DNA of 64,000 nucleotides from contig JANRKO010000060.1 in NCBI GenBank assembly GCA_033763455.1, positions 78,586 to 142,585 on the forward strand. Direction: 5' to 3'. The translations under genes were made by a program, and so were the position numbers. How positions within the stretch are numbered: the stretch's first letter is position 1; the number at the start of each line of letters is the position of its first letter. This document shows, in pieces, positions 1 through 8,971 of the stretch. The notes beneath the pieces are model-generated. The model searched no databases. It was not told the DNA's origin and saw only the letters and a list, made by a program, of their open reading frames with translations. This stretch comes from Polyangiaceae bacterium. Its GTDB lineage: Bacteria; Myxococcota_A; Polyangia; Polyangiales; Polyangiaceae.

Positions 1-2
1 AA

Positions 3-1283
3 AAAGGAACAGACCTAACGCCGCTTATGGATACTATCCTGGAGCGAGTTAAGCCCCCGAATGCCGATGATGAAGCGCCGCTTCAGATGTTGGTACACAA
101 TATTGACCACGATGAATACGTGGGCCGTTTGGGTATTGGTCGCGTCTACCGCGGGACCGCCAAAGTGGGCCAAACCATCAAGCTTCTGGGGTCGGAATCC
201 GCCACCTCGCAGCGCATTGTAAGTATTTTTAGCTACATCGGCACCAAGCGCACCAAGGTGGAGAGCGCACGCGGTGGCGATATCGTCGCTATCTCCGGTA
301 TGGATGATGTCCAGATTGGCGACACGCTTGCCGATCCGTTGAACCCCGAAGCTTTACCGCGCATCGCCGTGGAAGAGCCGACGATGAAGGTTCGGTTCAT
401 GGTGAGCACTTCGCCATTTGCTGGAAAAAGCGGCAAGTGGGTAACCTCCCGCCACCTGCGCGAGCGCCTGGAGAAGGAGGGACACCGAAACCTAGCGTTG
501 CGTTTTGAACCCACTGACGAGCCCGACACGTTCATTGTTTACGGGCGTGGTGAGCTTATGTTGGCGGTGCTCGCAGAGACGATTCGCCGCGAAGGCTACG
601 AATTTTGCCTTGGGATGCCAGAAATTGTGACCAAAGAGGTCGACGGCAAGCTGTGTGAACCGGTGGAGCTCGTGGTGGTGGATGTGCCGGACGAATTCAT
701 TGGCGCGGTGACGACCCGTTTGGGTGAACGAAAGGGCCAGATGACCAAGCTCACGAGCCTTGGTTTTGGCCGCACGCGCGCTGAATTTCGAGTGCGTTCG
801 CGTGGGCTTATCGGATTTCGTTCGGCCTTCCTTACCGAGACGCGCGGAACGGGCCTTTTGAATACGATGTTTGACGGCTGGGAACCCTACGGCGGGCCGA
901 TGCTGCGTCGTCCGAACGGAGCCATGGTGTCCGATCGTGCTGGCGTCACTACGCCCTACGCGCTTTTTCACCTTCAGCCCCGAGGCACCCTTTTCGTTAC
1001 TTCCGGAGTGGGCGTGTATGAGGGAATGATCATCGGCGAGCACAATCGCAGCAATGATCTTGATGTAAATGCGGTGCGTGAAAAGAAGCTCACCAACATT
1101 CGTGCGGCTGGCAAAGATGAGAACGTTGTCTTGACGCCTCCCCGGCCACTCACCATCGATCTTGCCATGGAGTTTATCGACCGCGACGAGCTGGTGGAGG
1201 TAACTCCCGATGCGGTGAGGCTGCGCAAAGTCGTGCTCACTGCCAATCGACGGCCACGCCGCGAAGACGCCGACAATTCCTAA
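3..1283 (+). CDS. typA: Translational GTPase TypA/BipA, C-terminal part (5' end lies upstream of the window)
   Basis: Frame is open from base 3. Motifs GRGELMLAVLAETIRREGYE, RGLIGFRS, KKLTNIRAAGKDE and ELVEVTP are characteristic of TypA. The G-domain is absent because the gene is truncated by the window edge. Confidence 0.95.
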   Translation, partial: KGTDLTPLMDTILERVKPPNADDEAPLQMLVHNIDHDEYVGRLGIGRVYRGTAKVGQTIKLLGSESATSQRIVSIFSYIGTKRTKVESARGGDIVAISGMDDVQIGDTLADPLNPEALPRIAVEEPTMKVRFMVSTSPFAGKSGKWVTSRHLRERLEKEGHRNLALRFEPTDEPDTFIVYGRGELMLAVLAETIRREGYEFCLGMPEIVTKEVDGKLCEPVELVVVDVPDEFIGAVTTRLGERKGQMTKLTSLGFGRTRAEFRVRSRGLIGFRSAFLTETRGTGLLNTMFDGWEPYGGPMLRRPNGAMVSDRAGVTTPYALFHLQPRGTLFVTSGVGVYEGMIIGEHNRSNDLDVNAVREKKLTNIRAAGKDENVVLTPPRPLTIDLAMEFIDRDELVEVTPDAVRLRKVVLTANRRPRREDADNS

Positions 1284-1286
1284 GCG

Positions 1287-2162
1287 CTAAAGGCGCCGGC
1301 TCTTCCTTGAAGCACTCTTTTTAGAAGGGTGCTTCAGATCTTTTGTGCTCACCAAGAGCTCTTCCACCACACCGCGGCCACCGCCGTTGCTGTTGATGGA
1401 GCGGCGGGCTCGGACCAGCCGGTAGCGAAAATCCTCATAGAGCGCCTGCGTTTCCGGGGTTGAGGAATTGGAGAGTACGGCAGAAATCCCCCGCCGGGCG
1501 AGCTGGCTAAAAAGCTTGGAAAGGCGTTCGTGCTCTTCGAGGGCGAAGCTATCCGCGTGGTAGCTCGTGAAATTCGACGTTTTTGATACAGGGACATACG
1601 GCGGATCGAGGTAAATGGCGTCCCCCTTTTTGGCCTCACGGCAGACCTCTTCGAAATCCAAATTTCGGATCTCTGCCTTTTGCAGCAAGAGGGCGCACGC
1701 TCGCAGGTTCCCGGCATCACAGATTTTCGGGTTCTTGTAACGGCCAAAGGGCACGTTGAAGCCACCCTTGCTGTTCACGCGATAAAGGCCGTTGTACCCC
1801 GTCTTGTTGAGGTACATGAGCCGCGCTGCCCGCGCAAAACGGTCCTTCGGCGTTGAGGCCCGCACGGCATAGTAGAAGGCTTCGCTGTGCTGATCTTGCA
1901 TGTCAGTAAGGCGCGAAATGAGCTTCTCCACGTCCTCCTGGAGTGCCCTATATACAGCTACAAGCTCTCGATTTTTGTCGGATAGCACCGCCTTCTTAAA
2001 GCGATTTTGCGCCGCGAGCTCGAAGAATACGGCCGCTCCGCCCATGAACGGCTCGTAATAGGTGTTAACGCGTTCCGGCAAGAGCGGAAGGATCTCCCCC
2101 AACAACTGGGTTTTGCCTCCGGCCCACTTCAGCACGGGTCGACGCCTTCCGGTCTGCATCAC
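1287..2162 (-). CDS. DNA adenine methyltransferase, Dam/D12 class (orphan)
   Basis: LKWAGGK, EPFMGGAAV (motif I), NGLYRVNSKGGFNVPFG and YLDPPY (motif IV). Confidence 0.93.
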   Translation of the reverse strand: MMQTGRRRPVLKWAGGKTQLLGEILPLLPERVNTYYEPFMGGAAVFFELAAQNRFKKAVLSDKNRELVAVYRALQEDVEKLISRLTDMQDQHSEAFYYAVRASTPKDRFARAARLMYLNKTGYNGLYRVNSKGGFNVPFGRYKNPKICDAGNLRACALLLQKAEIRNLDFEEVCREAKKGDAIYLDPPYVPVSKTSNFTSYHADSFALEEHERLSKLFSQLARRGISAVLSNSSTPETQALYEDFRYRLVRARRSINSNGGGRGVVEELLVSTKDLKHPSKKSASRKSRRL

Positions 2163-2222
2163 AAACTTGGGTGATTACCCCGTTCCTTCGAGCCGTGTCT
2201 AGGTGGCGTCAGGAAAACCGGT

Positions 2223-3560
2223 CTAGTCCGAACCCACGAGCACGCTCACTTCGTACGGAAAGGCCGGCGGAGTTCCGCTGCCACGAAGGAACACGCGCGC
2301 GTGGTCTTGCGAGCCGCGATCCAAGTCAAAAGCAGCGCTACAACGGGCGTTGGCAAGGACTTGGGCAAGAGCGAGGCTTGAGTCTTGGTGGGTGTGCGCT
2401 AGCAATAGGGAGCCCCCCGGTTGTGCACAGAGGGCTCCGCGTTCGCGGAGCGTGCCGTGACTCCGAGCCATAGCCGTAGGTTCGCCGAAGCTCACGACAA
2501 GAGGAAGCTGGACCAATTCTTCGTTGGGGGAGAGCTCCGGGCGAGTTCCAGCTGGCAACAGTCCAAACCGTCTTCCATCCGTGATCTTCAAAGTGGGGTA
2601 GCTCACTCGAAATGGGAGGTATGTGTTCCCACTTGCCCCGAGGCCGTAGCGCGTGCCAACGCTGGTACGCCCCAACGTGATGACGACGGCCACACGTGCC
2701 TGTTCACTCGGTGTGAGGTTGACACGTTCGCCGGGGAATGGCTCCGAAATTCCGGGGAGGATTCGCCAGCGGAAGGTTTGCGCGTCGATCGTGGTGAGCT
2801 CAACTTTTATGGCACCCGTCTGCTCCGTGCGTTTCCACACTCGGGCTTTGGCACGCGGATCTGAAAGCAAAACTGGTATGCCTAGAGCCTTCAGCACAGC
2901 CTTTTCGCGAGTTCCAGGCAGCTCCACAACTTCTTCGCTCCTGGCAGGGAATGGCGTTAAAGGAAGCTCTAGCGCGGGGCCGTCACCAGCTTTCAATCGC
3001 AACTCGTGTGGCAGGAGCTGTGCGGTAACTTCTTCTACCTGCAGGCGAAACGAAACGCGGTATTGGTCAAGCACCTTGAGGCTATACGGGGGGACGCTGC
3101 AGGCAAGCAGCGCGGAAGCGAAGCGCACCAGGCGTGTGGCAACCACTTGCTCTCCGGTGATCACGAAGGCCGCGTGGGTTCCGTTTGAAAGTAGATGTGC
3201 GTCGTCCTCGTGCGGGCTCTCGGTGATATTTGCAGGCGTGCCAACGCTCCTGACCCGCCCATCGGGCAATACGCGTGCACAGGTTGCGAAGACGTCTCTC
3301 GGTCCTTCGTGACCGGGAGACGCCGCGAAAAGTACCACTCGGCCGAACAAGTAGTCCCCCAGCGCTCCCGAAGAAGGAGCCCAAACGATTTCGTCGCGTT
3401 CGACCTTTGCGGATACCGCCTCCCCCAGAGATAGAGCGAGGGCCGAGAGATCCGCCGAGGCACCCACCACGCCTGCTCTCGGAGCCCAGGCTGCCAATAG
3501 AGCCGCGAACCCGACCACACAGGCCTTCGGTAACAGGAGACCTCGGCGACCTTTCATCAA
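2223..3560 (-). CDS. Exported hypothetical protein with weak similarity to the phosphodiester glycosidase (NAGPA-like) C-terminal domain
   Basis: N-terminal hydrophobic signal. C-terminal GSLLLAH...LAQVLANARCSAAFDLDRGS resembles the NAGPA A(L/I)NLDGGGS region. Confidence 0.5.
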   Translation of the reverse strand: MMKGRRGLLLPKACVVGFAALLAAWAPRAGVVGASADLSALALSLGEAVSAKVERDEIVWAPSSGALGDYLFGRVVLFAASPGHEGPRDVFATCARVLPDGRVRSVGTPANITESPHEDDAHLLSNGTHAAFVITGEQVVATRLVRFASALLACSVPPYSLKVLDQYRVSFRLQVEEVTAQLLPHELRLKAGDGPALELPLTPFPARSEEVVELPGTREKAVLKALGIPVLLSDPRAKARVWKRTEQTGAIKVELTTIDAQTFRWRILPGISEPFPGERVNLTPSEQARVAVVITLGRTSVGTRYGLGASGNTYLPFRVSYPTLKITDGRRFGLLPAGTRPELSPNEELVQLPLVVSFGEPTAMARSHGTLRERGALCAQPGGSLLLAHTHQDSSLALAQVLANARCSAAFDLDRGSQDHARVFLRGSGTPPAFPYEVSVLVGSD

Positions 3561-3678
3561 CTTGGCTCCAGGTAGCCAGCCCGTGAGCCCCTCGCAAGTG
3601 TTGGGGGGAGGACCGGCCTAAAGCCACGCGCTCGGGCTTGTGACCCGGGCGAGCGGCTGATAACGCTACGGACCACTT

Positions 3679-4512
3679 GTGGCGAGCAGCAACCTCGTAG
3701 TCCGCGTAGTAACGGCTCTGACGGCAATTCCCTTGCTCGTGCTGCTCCTTTTCTGGGGGCCAGTCTGGGGCTTTGCGGCGCTGTTGTTCCTCTCAATAGG
3801 GCTTGCAGCGAGTGAATTCTTCGCGATGACTCACCCTGGGGATCGCGTGGCTCAGGCCGTGGGGGTGCTGAGCACGGTTGGCACAGGGGTGTGCTTCTAC
3901 TTGTTTTCATCCAACGCTAAGGTGTTGGTGCTTCTTTTCATGCTCGTGCCGATCGTAGGCATGTTGGTCCCCCTTTGGCGCTTGGGGGAGGTGCAGACCG
4001 CGGCGTTGCGGGCGCTCGCGGGCGTGGCGGGCCCCTTCTACATCGGCGTTTTGCTGTCGACGTTGGGATTGATGCGGAGAGATCTTGGGGAAGTTGGCCC
4101 CGGCTATGTCGTGCTAACGCTTACGATCGCCTGGGTGGGTGATACCGGCGGCTATTTTGGAGGGCGCTTTTTTGGCAAGACCAAGCTGTATGAGTTGGTG
4201 AGTCCGAAGAAGACTCGGGAAGGCCTGGTGGGTGTCGTGCTGGGAGCGCTTGTGGCCGGAGCCATTGCGCATTTCTCGTATCTCCCCGAGATCCCGTTGT
4301 GGCACGTCCTCGTGCTTTCCGCGGTTGCCGGGGTGTTGGGTCAATTGGGGGATCTTGTGGAATCCTTGTTCAAACGTGCCACGGGTATCAAAGATTCAGG
4401 GCGGATTGTTCCCGGGCACGGAGGGTTGCTCGATCGGATCGATGCGGTGCTGATAGTGGGCCCCGCCGTCTATATTTACGCGATTTGGTTCGGCGCCAAC
4501 GCAGGCTTCTGA
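3679..4512 (+). CDS. cdsA: Phosphatidate cytidylyltransferase
   Basis: Multi-TM protein with SPKKTREG, GDLVESLFKR and KDSGRIVPGHGGLLDRID. Confidence 0.95.
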   Translation: MASSNLVVRVVTALTAIPLLVLLLFWGPVWGFAALLFLSIGLAASEFFAMTHPGDRVAQAVGVLSTVGTGVCFYLFSSNAKVLVLLFMLVPIVGMLVPLWRLGEVQTAALRALAGVAGPFYIGVLLSTLGLMRRDLGEVGPGYVVLTLTIAWVGDTGGYFGGRFFGKTKLYELVSPKKTREGLVGVVLGALVAGAIAHFSYLPEIPLWHVLVLSAVAGVLGQLGDLVESLFKRATGIKDSGRIVPGHGGLLDRIDAVLIVGPAVYIYAIWFGANAGF

Positions 4513-4648
4513 GCACGAATGTCGCACAGTTAGCGGCTGGGGCGATACCTCCGGGAGGGGGAGCTGAACAAAAGCAATGGAGCACAAAAGCAAACGAGCC
4601 ATCGTCTTTCGATGGCTCGTACCGGAGGTTAGGTTGAGAAAAAGAATC

Positions 4649-5473
4649 TCAGGCGGCTTCGGTGATGATGGCCTTGAGCATCACCATCGCACGCGAGTGC
4701 AATTGGGAGATGCGAGGCTCGCTCACGCCGAGCTCGTCGCCGAGTTCTTTGAACTTTACGCCGCGAAAGTAGTGGGCTGAGACGATGTGGCGTTCCCGCT
4801 CGGGGAGTTGATCCACGGCGCGTGCGAGGTTCTCGCGTGCGAACTTTGCTTCAACAGCACTCTCGCTGTCCGGGACAGCTGCGCTCAAGAGCGAGCGGCT
4901 CTGCTCTGCGGGGCTCACGTCGTCAAAGCGAACAACGGAAGGAGTAGCTCGGTTGCCATCACCGCCCTTGTTGGCTAGTGCACGGACGCGGCGCGGTAAC
5001 CAATCTTGCGCGCGCAATTCGTCTAGAATGGCGCCTCGGATGCGCACACGCACATACCATTCAAAGCTATCGGCCGGCTTGCCCTCGTGGCGGCGGATGG
5101 CATCCCAAAGGCCGCTCATGCCAGCTGCCAGGAGATCTTCGCGAAGCACGTTGCTGGGGAGTTTGCGCTGAAAGCCGCCCACGATTTGGCGAACGAGGGG
5201 GGTGTAGAGGGTCAGTAAATCGTCGGTGCGCTGTAGATCACTTCGCTTGGTTCGCGCTCGGTGAACGACTGTCGCGGGGGACACTGCCGCGGGTCGCTTG
5301 GGACGAATTTTGTCAGCAACCACTTTGGCCTGCGCTTTGGCTCGGCGCGCTGGTTTCGGCGGAATCGAGGCACGGGGGATGATGGAAATCCGTGAAGGTG
5401 CCGTATGTTCCGTAGAACGCCGGTTACTGGCTGGGGTCTTTCGGGCTGTCTGTTTCGAGTGTCGCAAACTCAT
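4649..5473 (-). CDS. FliA/WhiG-like RNA polymerase sigma factor with basic N-terminal extension
   Basis: Region 2 EDLLAAGMSGLWDAI...RIRGAILDELRAQDWLPR and region 4 LPERER...KELGDELGVSEPRISQLHSRA. Confidence 0.85.
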   Translation of the reverse strand: MSLRHSKQTARKTPASNRRSTEHTAPSRISIIPRASIPPKPARRAKAQAKVVADKIRPKRPAAVSPATVVHRARTKRSDLQRTDDLLTLYTPLVRQIVGGFQRKLPSNVLREDLLAAGMSGLWDAIRRHEGKPADSFEWYVRVRIRGAILDELRAQDWLPRRVRALANKGGDGNRATPSVVRFDDVSPAEQSRSLLSAAVPDSESAVEAKFARENLARAVDQLPERERHIVSAHYFRGVKFKELGDELGVSEPRISQLHSRAMVMLKAIITEAA

Positions 5474-5849
5474 GGGGTGATCCTCCGGACCCTCGGCAAA
5501 GCAGCGACCGTGCCAGGTCGTCCAAATTCGAGAATTTGCCTGTTTCTTTGCGAGACGCCGCCGCCTTGTGGGTCGCCAGTGACCTTGGACGCCTCCGGGG
5601 AATATTCCAGTGAAGACACAACAGTTCTGGGAATTTTGTTTAATTTCAGTGAGTTACACGGGAGCCTTCTGCCGGCGGCCCAGCTGGGGTAAAACCGACC
5701 CGCTTGCGGCGAATGGTGACAATTCCTGCTAAACCCAGGCAATTTGCGGCCGGGTCAGGAGCAACCCGGGCGCGAGCCAGCCGGTTTGTTGCCGGTTTAT
5801 CCCGGATGATGCGAGAGTTCCGAGTGCTCGCATTCCTGGTGGCCACAAC

Positions 5850-6929
5850 ATGAGAGAAGGAAAGAACCTCGTCGGTGTCGATATAGGCTCGACGGGCATC
5901 AAAGTGTGCCAGCTGGAGGATACCCGCCGGGGTGTCCGGCTTGTTCGATTTGGGTATGCCCCCTTGGCGCCCCAAGTGGTGGTGGATGGTCAGGTGATGG
6001 ACGCCGGCGCCGTAACGGCAACGCTGGAACAAGTCTTTTCGCAGTACAAGATCCGGGAGCGTTCCTGTGCCCTCAGTGTATCGGGCCAGAGCGTGATCAT
6101 TCGCAAGATCACCGTTCCGATGATGACCGATGCGGAACTGGCCGAGCAGATCACGTGGGAGGCTGAGCAACATATCCCCTTTGACATCAAAGATGTCGAG
6201 GTGGACTACCAGGTGCTTAGAAGGCGCCCGGAGGCGAGCCAGATGGATCTGTTGCTGGTTGCCGCGAAGCGCGATCAGATTAACGACTATGCTCAGCTGG
6301 CACGCAATGCCAAGTTGAAGCCGGTGATCTGCGATATCGACGCCTTTACGGTGCAGAATCTCTTCGAGCGTGCACGTGGTTTGCCGGCAGGTCAGATTAT
6401 CGCGATCATCAACGTTGGAGCGAGCCTTTCGTCGCTCAACGTGGTTGCCAATGGGGTGAGCGCCTTTACACGCGAAATCGCTAATGGCGGCAACCTGATC
6501 ACCGAAGAGATCCAAAAGGCACTGGGGATGCCCCAAGAGCAGGCCGAGGCTCTGAAATGCGCCAGTACGCTCCAGATATCTCCAGATTCGAGCCGCTCGG
6601 GCGCCCAGCCGCACAACCTGATGCGCATCATCGAGGCGGCAACGGACGCAATTGCCGCCGAGATCCAGCGTAGCCTCGACTTCTACCTCGCCACCAGCGG
6701 CGAGACAGAGATTGCGCGTATGTACTTAACAGGCGGCAGCGCCAATCTCCCGAGCCTGGCCCAGGCCATTGAGCGGCGGGCTCGCGTTCCGGTGGAAGTG
6801 TGGTCGCCTCTTGAAGGCCTCACGGTGGATCCGAAACATGTGGATACCACGTTGCTAGAGGCGCGTTCGGCACAATTGGCGGTCGCTCTCGGCCTTGCGC
6901 TGCGTAAGCAAAAAGAGGTGCGGGCGTGA
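5850..6929 (+). CDS. pilM: Type IV pilus assembly protein PilM (actin-like)
   Basis: VGVDIGSTGIK, WEAEQHIPFDI, EIQRSLDFY, LTGGSA, VALGLALR; first gene of the pilMNOPQ order. Confidence 0.95.
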   Translation: MREGKNLVGVDIGSTGIKVCQLEDTRRGVRLVRFGYAPLAPQVVVDGQVMDAGAVTATLEQVFSQYKIRERSCALSVSGQSVIIRKITVPMMTDAELAEQITWEAEQHIPFDIKDVEVDYQVLRRRPEASQMDLLLVAAKRDQINDYAQLARNAKLKPVICDIDAFTVQNLFERARGLPAGQIIAIINVGASLSSLNVVANGVSAFTREIANGGNLITEEIQKALGMPQEQAEALKCASTLQISPDSSRSGAQPHNLMRIIEAATDAIAAEIQRSLDFYLATSGETEIARMYLTGGSANLPSLAQAIERRARVPVEVWSPLEGLTVDPKHVDTTLLEARSAQLAVALGLALRKQKEVRA

Positions 6930-7573
6930 TCAAGATCAACCTTCTGCCCGATAAGACGCGCACCAAAGGCAAAAAAACGAGCGAAGCGAGCCAGGTTTGG
7001 CTCGTGGTTATCCTGGTAGTGTGTCTTGCCGAGGTAGCGGGTCTATTTGTCTTCCATGGGTTCAAGGAGAGCGAGCTCGCCGAACAGACCCAGAAGAACG
7101 CTATCATTCAGAAGCAGATCGACCAGGCCAAGACCGCCGTGGCTGACCACGCCAAGGTCAAAGAAAAGCTCGCACAACTGCGCGCGCGTGAGGATGCGAT
7201 AGCCGAGCTCCAGAGCGCCCGCACGGGCCCCACCGCCATGTTATTGGAACTTGCTCGCATTTTAACCCCTGGGCGAGGGCCGAGCGTTAATCCGGATCAG
7301 CTCAACAAGCTCCGAAGGGACAATCCTCTCGCTATCTACAACCCAGCTTGGGATGCCCGGCGGCTTTGGATATCTGACCTCAAAGAGGAATCTCGCAAGT
7401 TGAGCCTGCGCGGGATTGCTCGAGACGGTGAGGATGTAAGTGAGCTCGCGCGGCGGTTGAATCTCTCGAGCTACTTCACAGATGTTAAGTTGCTCCCAGC
7501 CAAGCAGGTAACGGTGGTTAAAAGCGGGCCACAGTTGATCGAGTTCAACCTTGAAGCGATGGCGAGGTACTAA
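6926..7573 (+). CDS. pilN: Type IV pilus assembly protein PilN
   Basis: N-terminal MIKINLLP motif, one TM helix, coiled coil; GTGA overlap with pilM. Confidence 0.92.
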   Translation: MIKINLLPDKTRTKGKKTSEASQVWLVVILVVCLAEVAGLFVFHGFKESELAEQTQKNAIIQKQIDQAKTAVADHAKVKEKLAQLRAREDAIAELQSARTGPTAMLLELARILTPGRGPSVNPDQLNKLRRDNPLAIYNPAWDARRLWISDLKEESRKLSLRGIARDGEDVSELARRLNLSSYFTDVKLLPAKQVTVVKSGPQLIEFNLEAMARY

Positions 7574-8187
7574 TGGCCGACTCCGCCCTTTCTAAATTGG
7601 CCCTCCCCGCTAAAATTGGCATTGGCGTTGGCATGGGGGCCCTCTTGGCGTTCGCCTACTTTGTCGTTTTCTACGGAGATGTAGCCAGCAAGATCGAGGC
7701 TGCCACAAGCTCTGAGGAGCGCCTGAAGGTCGAACTGCAACAATGGAATAAGTCCAAATCCGACTACAACAAGGACCTAGCAGAGCTTACCGATCGCGAG
7801 CAACGTCAAACAGAACTCAACAAGATCCTCCCGGCCACAACCGAGTATCCCGCGTTTCTGAGTTCTGTGCAGAGCGTCGCCAATACCACCGGTGTTGTGT
7901 TGAATGCGTGGACGCCCGAGGACGAGGTGAAAAAAGAGTTTTACGCTCGTATCCCGATGAAGCTGGAACTTCAGGGGCGCTACCATCAGATTGCGCGATT
8001 CTTCTACGGCGTGGGCCAGCTCGATCGCATCATCAACATGGAGAACATCGCGCTCACTCAACCCCAGGCAAAGGGTGATGAAGTGACCGTGAGCGTCAAG
8101 GTGCTGGCAACGGCGTTTCGCGCGCTCAGCGGAGAGCCGGATGCGAAAGCGGACAAGCGCGGCAACGCTTTAGGGGGTAAGCCGTGA
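7573..8187 (+). CDS. pilO: Type IV pilus assembly protein PilO
   Basis: TM helix, coiled coil, FYARIP...GRYHQIARFF...LDRIIN; position in operon. Confidence 0.92.
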   Translation: MADSALSKLALPAKIGIGVGMGALLAFAYFVVFYGDVASKIEAATSSEERLKVELQQWNKSKSDYNKDLAELTDREQRQTELNKILPATTEYPAFLSSVQSVANTTGVVLNAWTPEDEVKKEFYARIPMKLELQGRYHQIARFFYGVGQLDRIINMENIALTQPQAKGDEVTVSVKVLATAFRALSGEPDAKADKRGNALGGKP

Positions 8188-8765
8188 AGCGAGTATTCGG
8201 AGCACTGCTCTTGGGAGGTGCCTGCACACTGGTCTCAGCTTGTGAAGAACCCGTTGTGACAAGCAGTAGCACGACTGCGACGCGTGCGCCGAGTGCTGCG
8301 GCTGCCAGCAGCGCCCCCGTGGAGCAGGGGCCGCCTCGGGTAGAGTTTCAGGAATCCGAGTTTGCGGAGACTGACCGCAGCCGGGACCCATTTCGTAGTT
8401 ATGAAGATCTCATCGTTGCCGAGGTCCGGGGTAACCTGCGCTCGCAGCGCAACGTTGTTTTGGATGAGTTCTCGATTGACGAACTCCGCCTGATTGGCAT
8501 TGTCACCGGGATCGAACCGGCCAAGGCCATGCTGGTAGATCCGAAGGGCAAAGGGCACGTGGTTGAGCGGGGTCAGTTTATTGGTCGCTCAGAGCTCGTG
8601 CAGGGGACGGGGGTGGGTGCGCCGAACTTCGAAATCAATTGGCGCATCGACCGCATTCGCGAAGGTGACATCGTTTTGGTCCGCGAAGACCCAAACAATC
8701 CCGACGTGCCAAGCGCCACACGTGTAATTGCCCTCCGACCTGAAGGTGACGCCACCCTCCAGTAA
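8184..8765 (+). CDS. pilP: Type IV pilus lipoprotein PilP
   Basis: Lipobox (VSAC), RDPFRS and LDEFSIDELRLIGIV...AMLVDPKG. Confidence 0.9.
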   Translation: MKRVFGALLLGGACTLVSACEEPVVTSSSTTATRAPSAAAASSAPVEQGPPRVEFQESEFAETDRSRDPFRSYEDLIVAEVRGNLRSQRNVVLDEFSIDELRLIGIVTGIEPAKAMLVDPKGKGHVVERGQFIGRSELVQGTGVGAPNFEINWRIDRIREGDIVLVREDPNNPDVPSATRVIALRPEGDATLQ

Positions 8766-8971
8766 GGCTTGGGCCGGAAGGCCTGCCACGGGCCGGGAGC
8801 CCGCCGTGGCCAAGAAAGGCTGGTTGGTGTGTTTACATCGAGTCCAAAGCCCTGCCACAATCGAAGAAACGTGCCCGTAAGGAATCTCTTAGACTCGGTT
8901 TGCCAGGGCTCTGCTGCCACAGGTAGCGGTCCTTTTTGCGATCAACCCCGTAATGCTCGTGGAGCGCAGCC

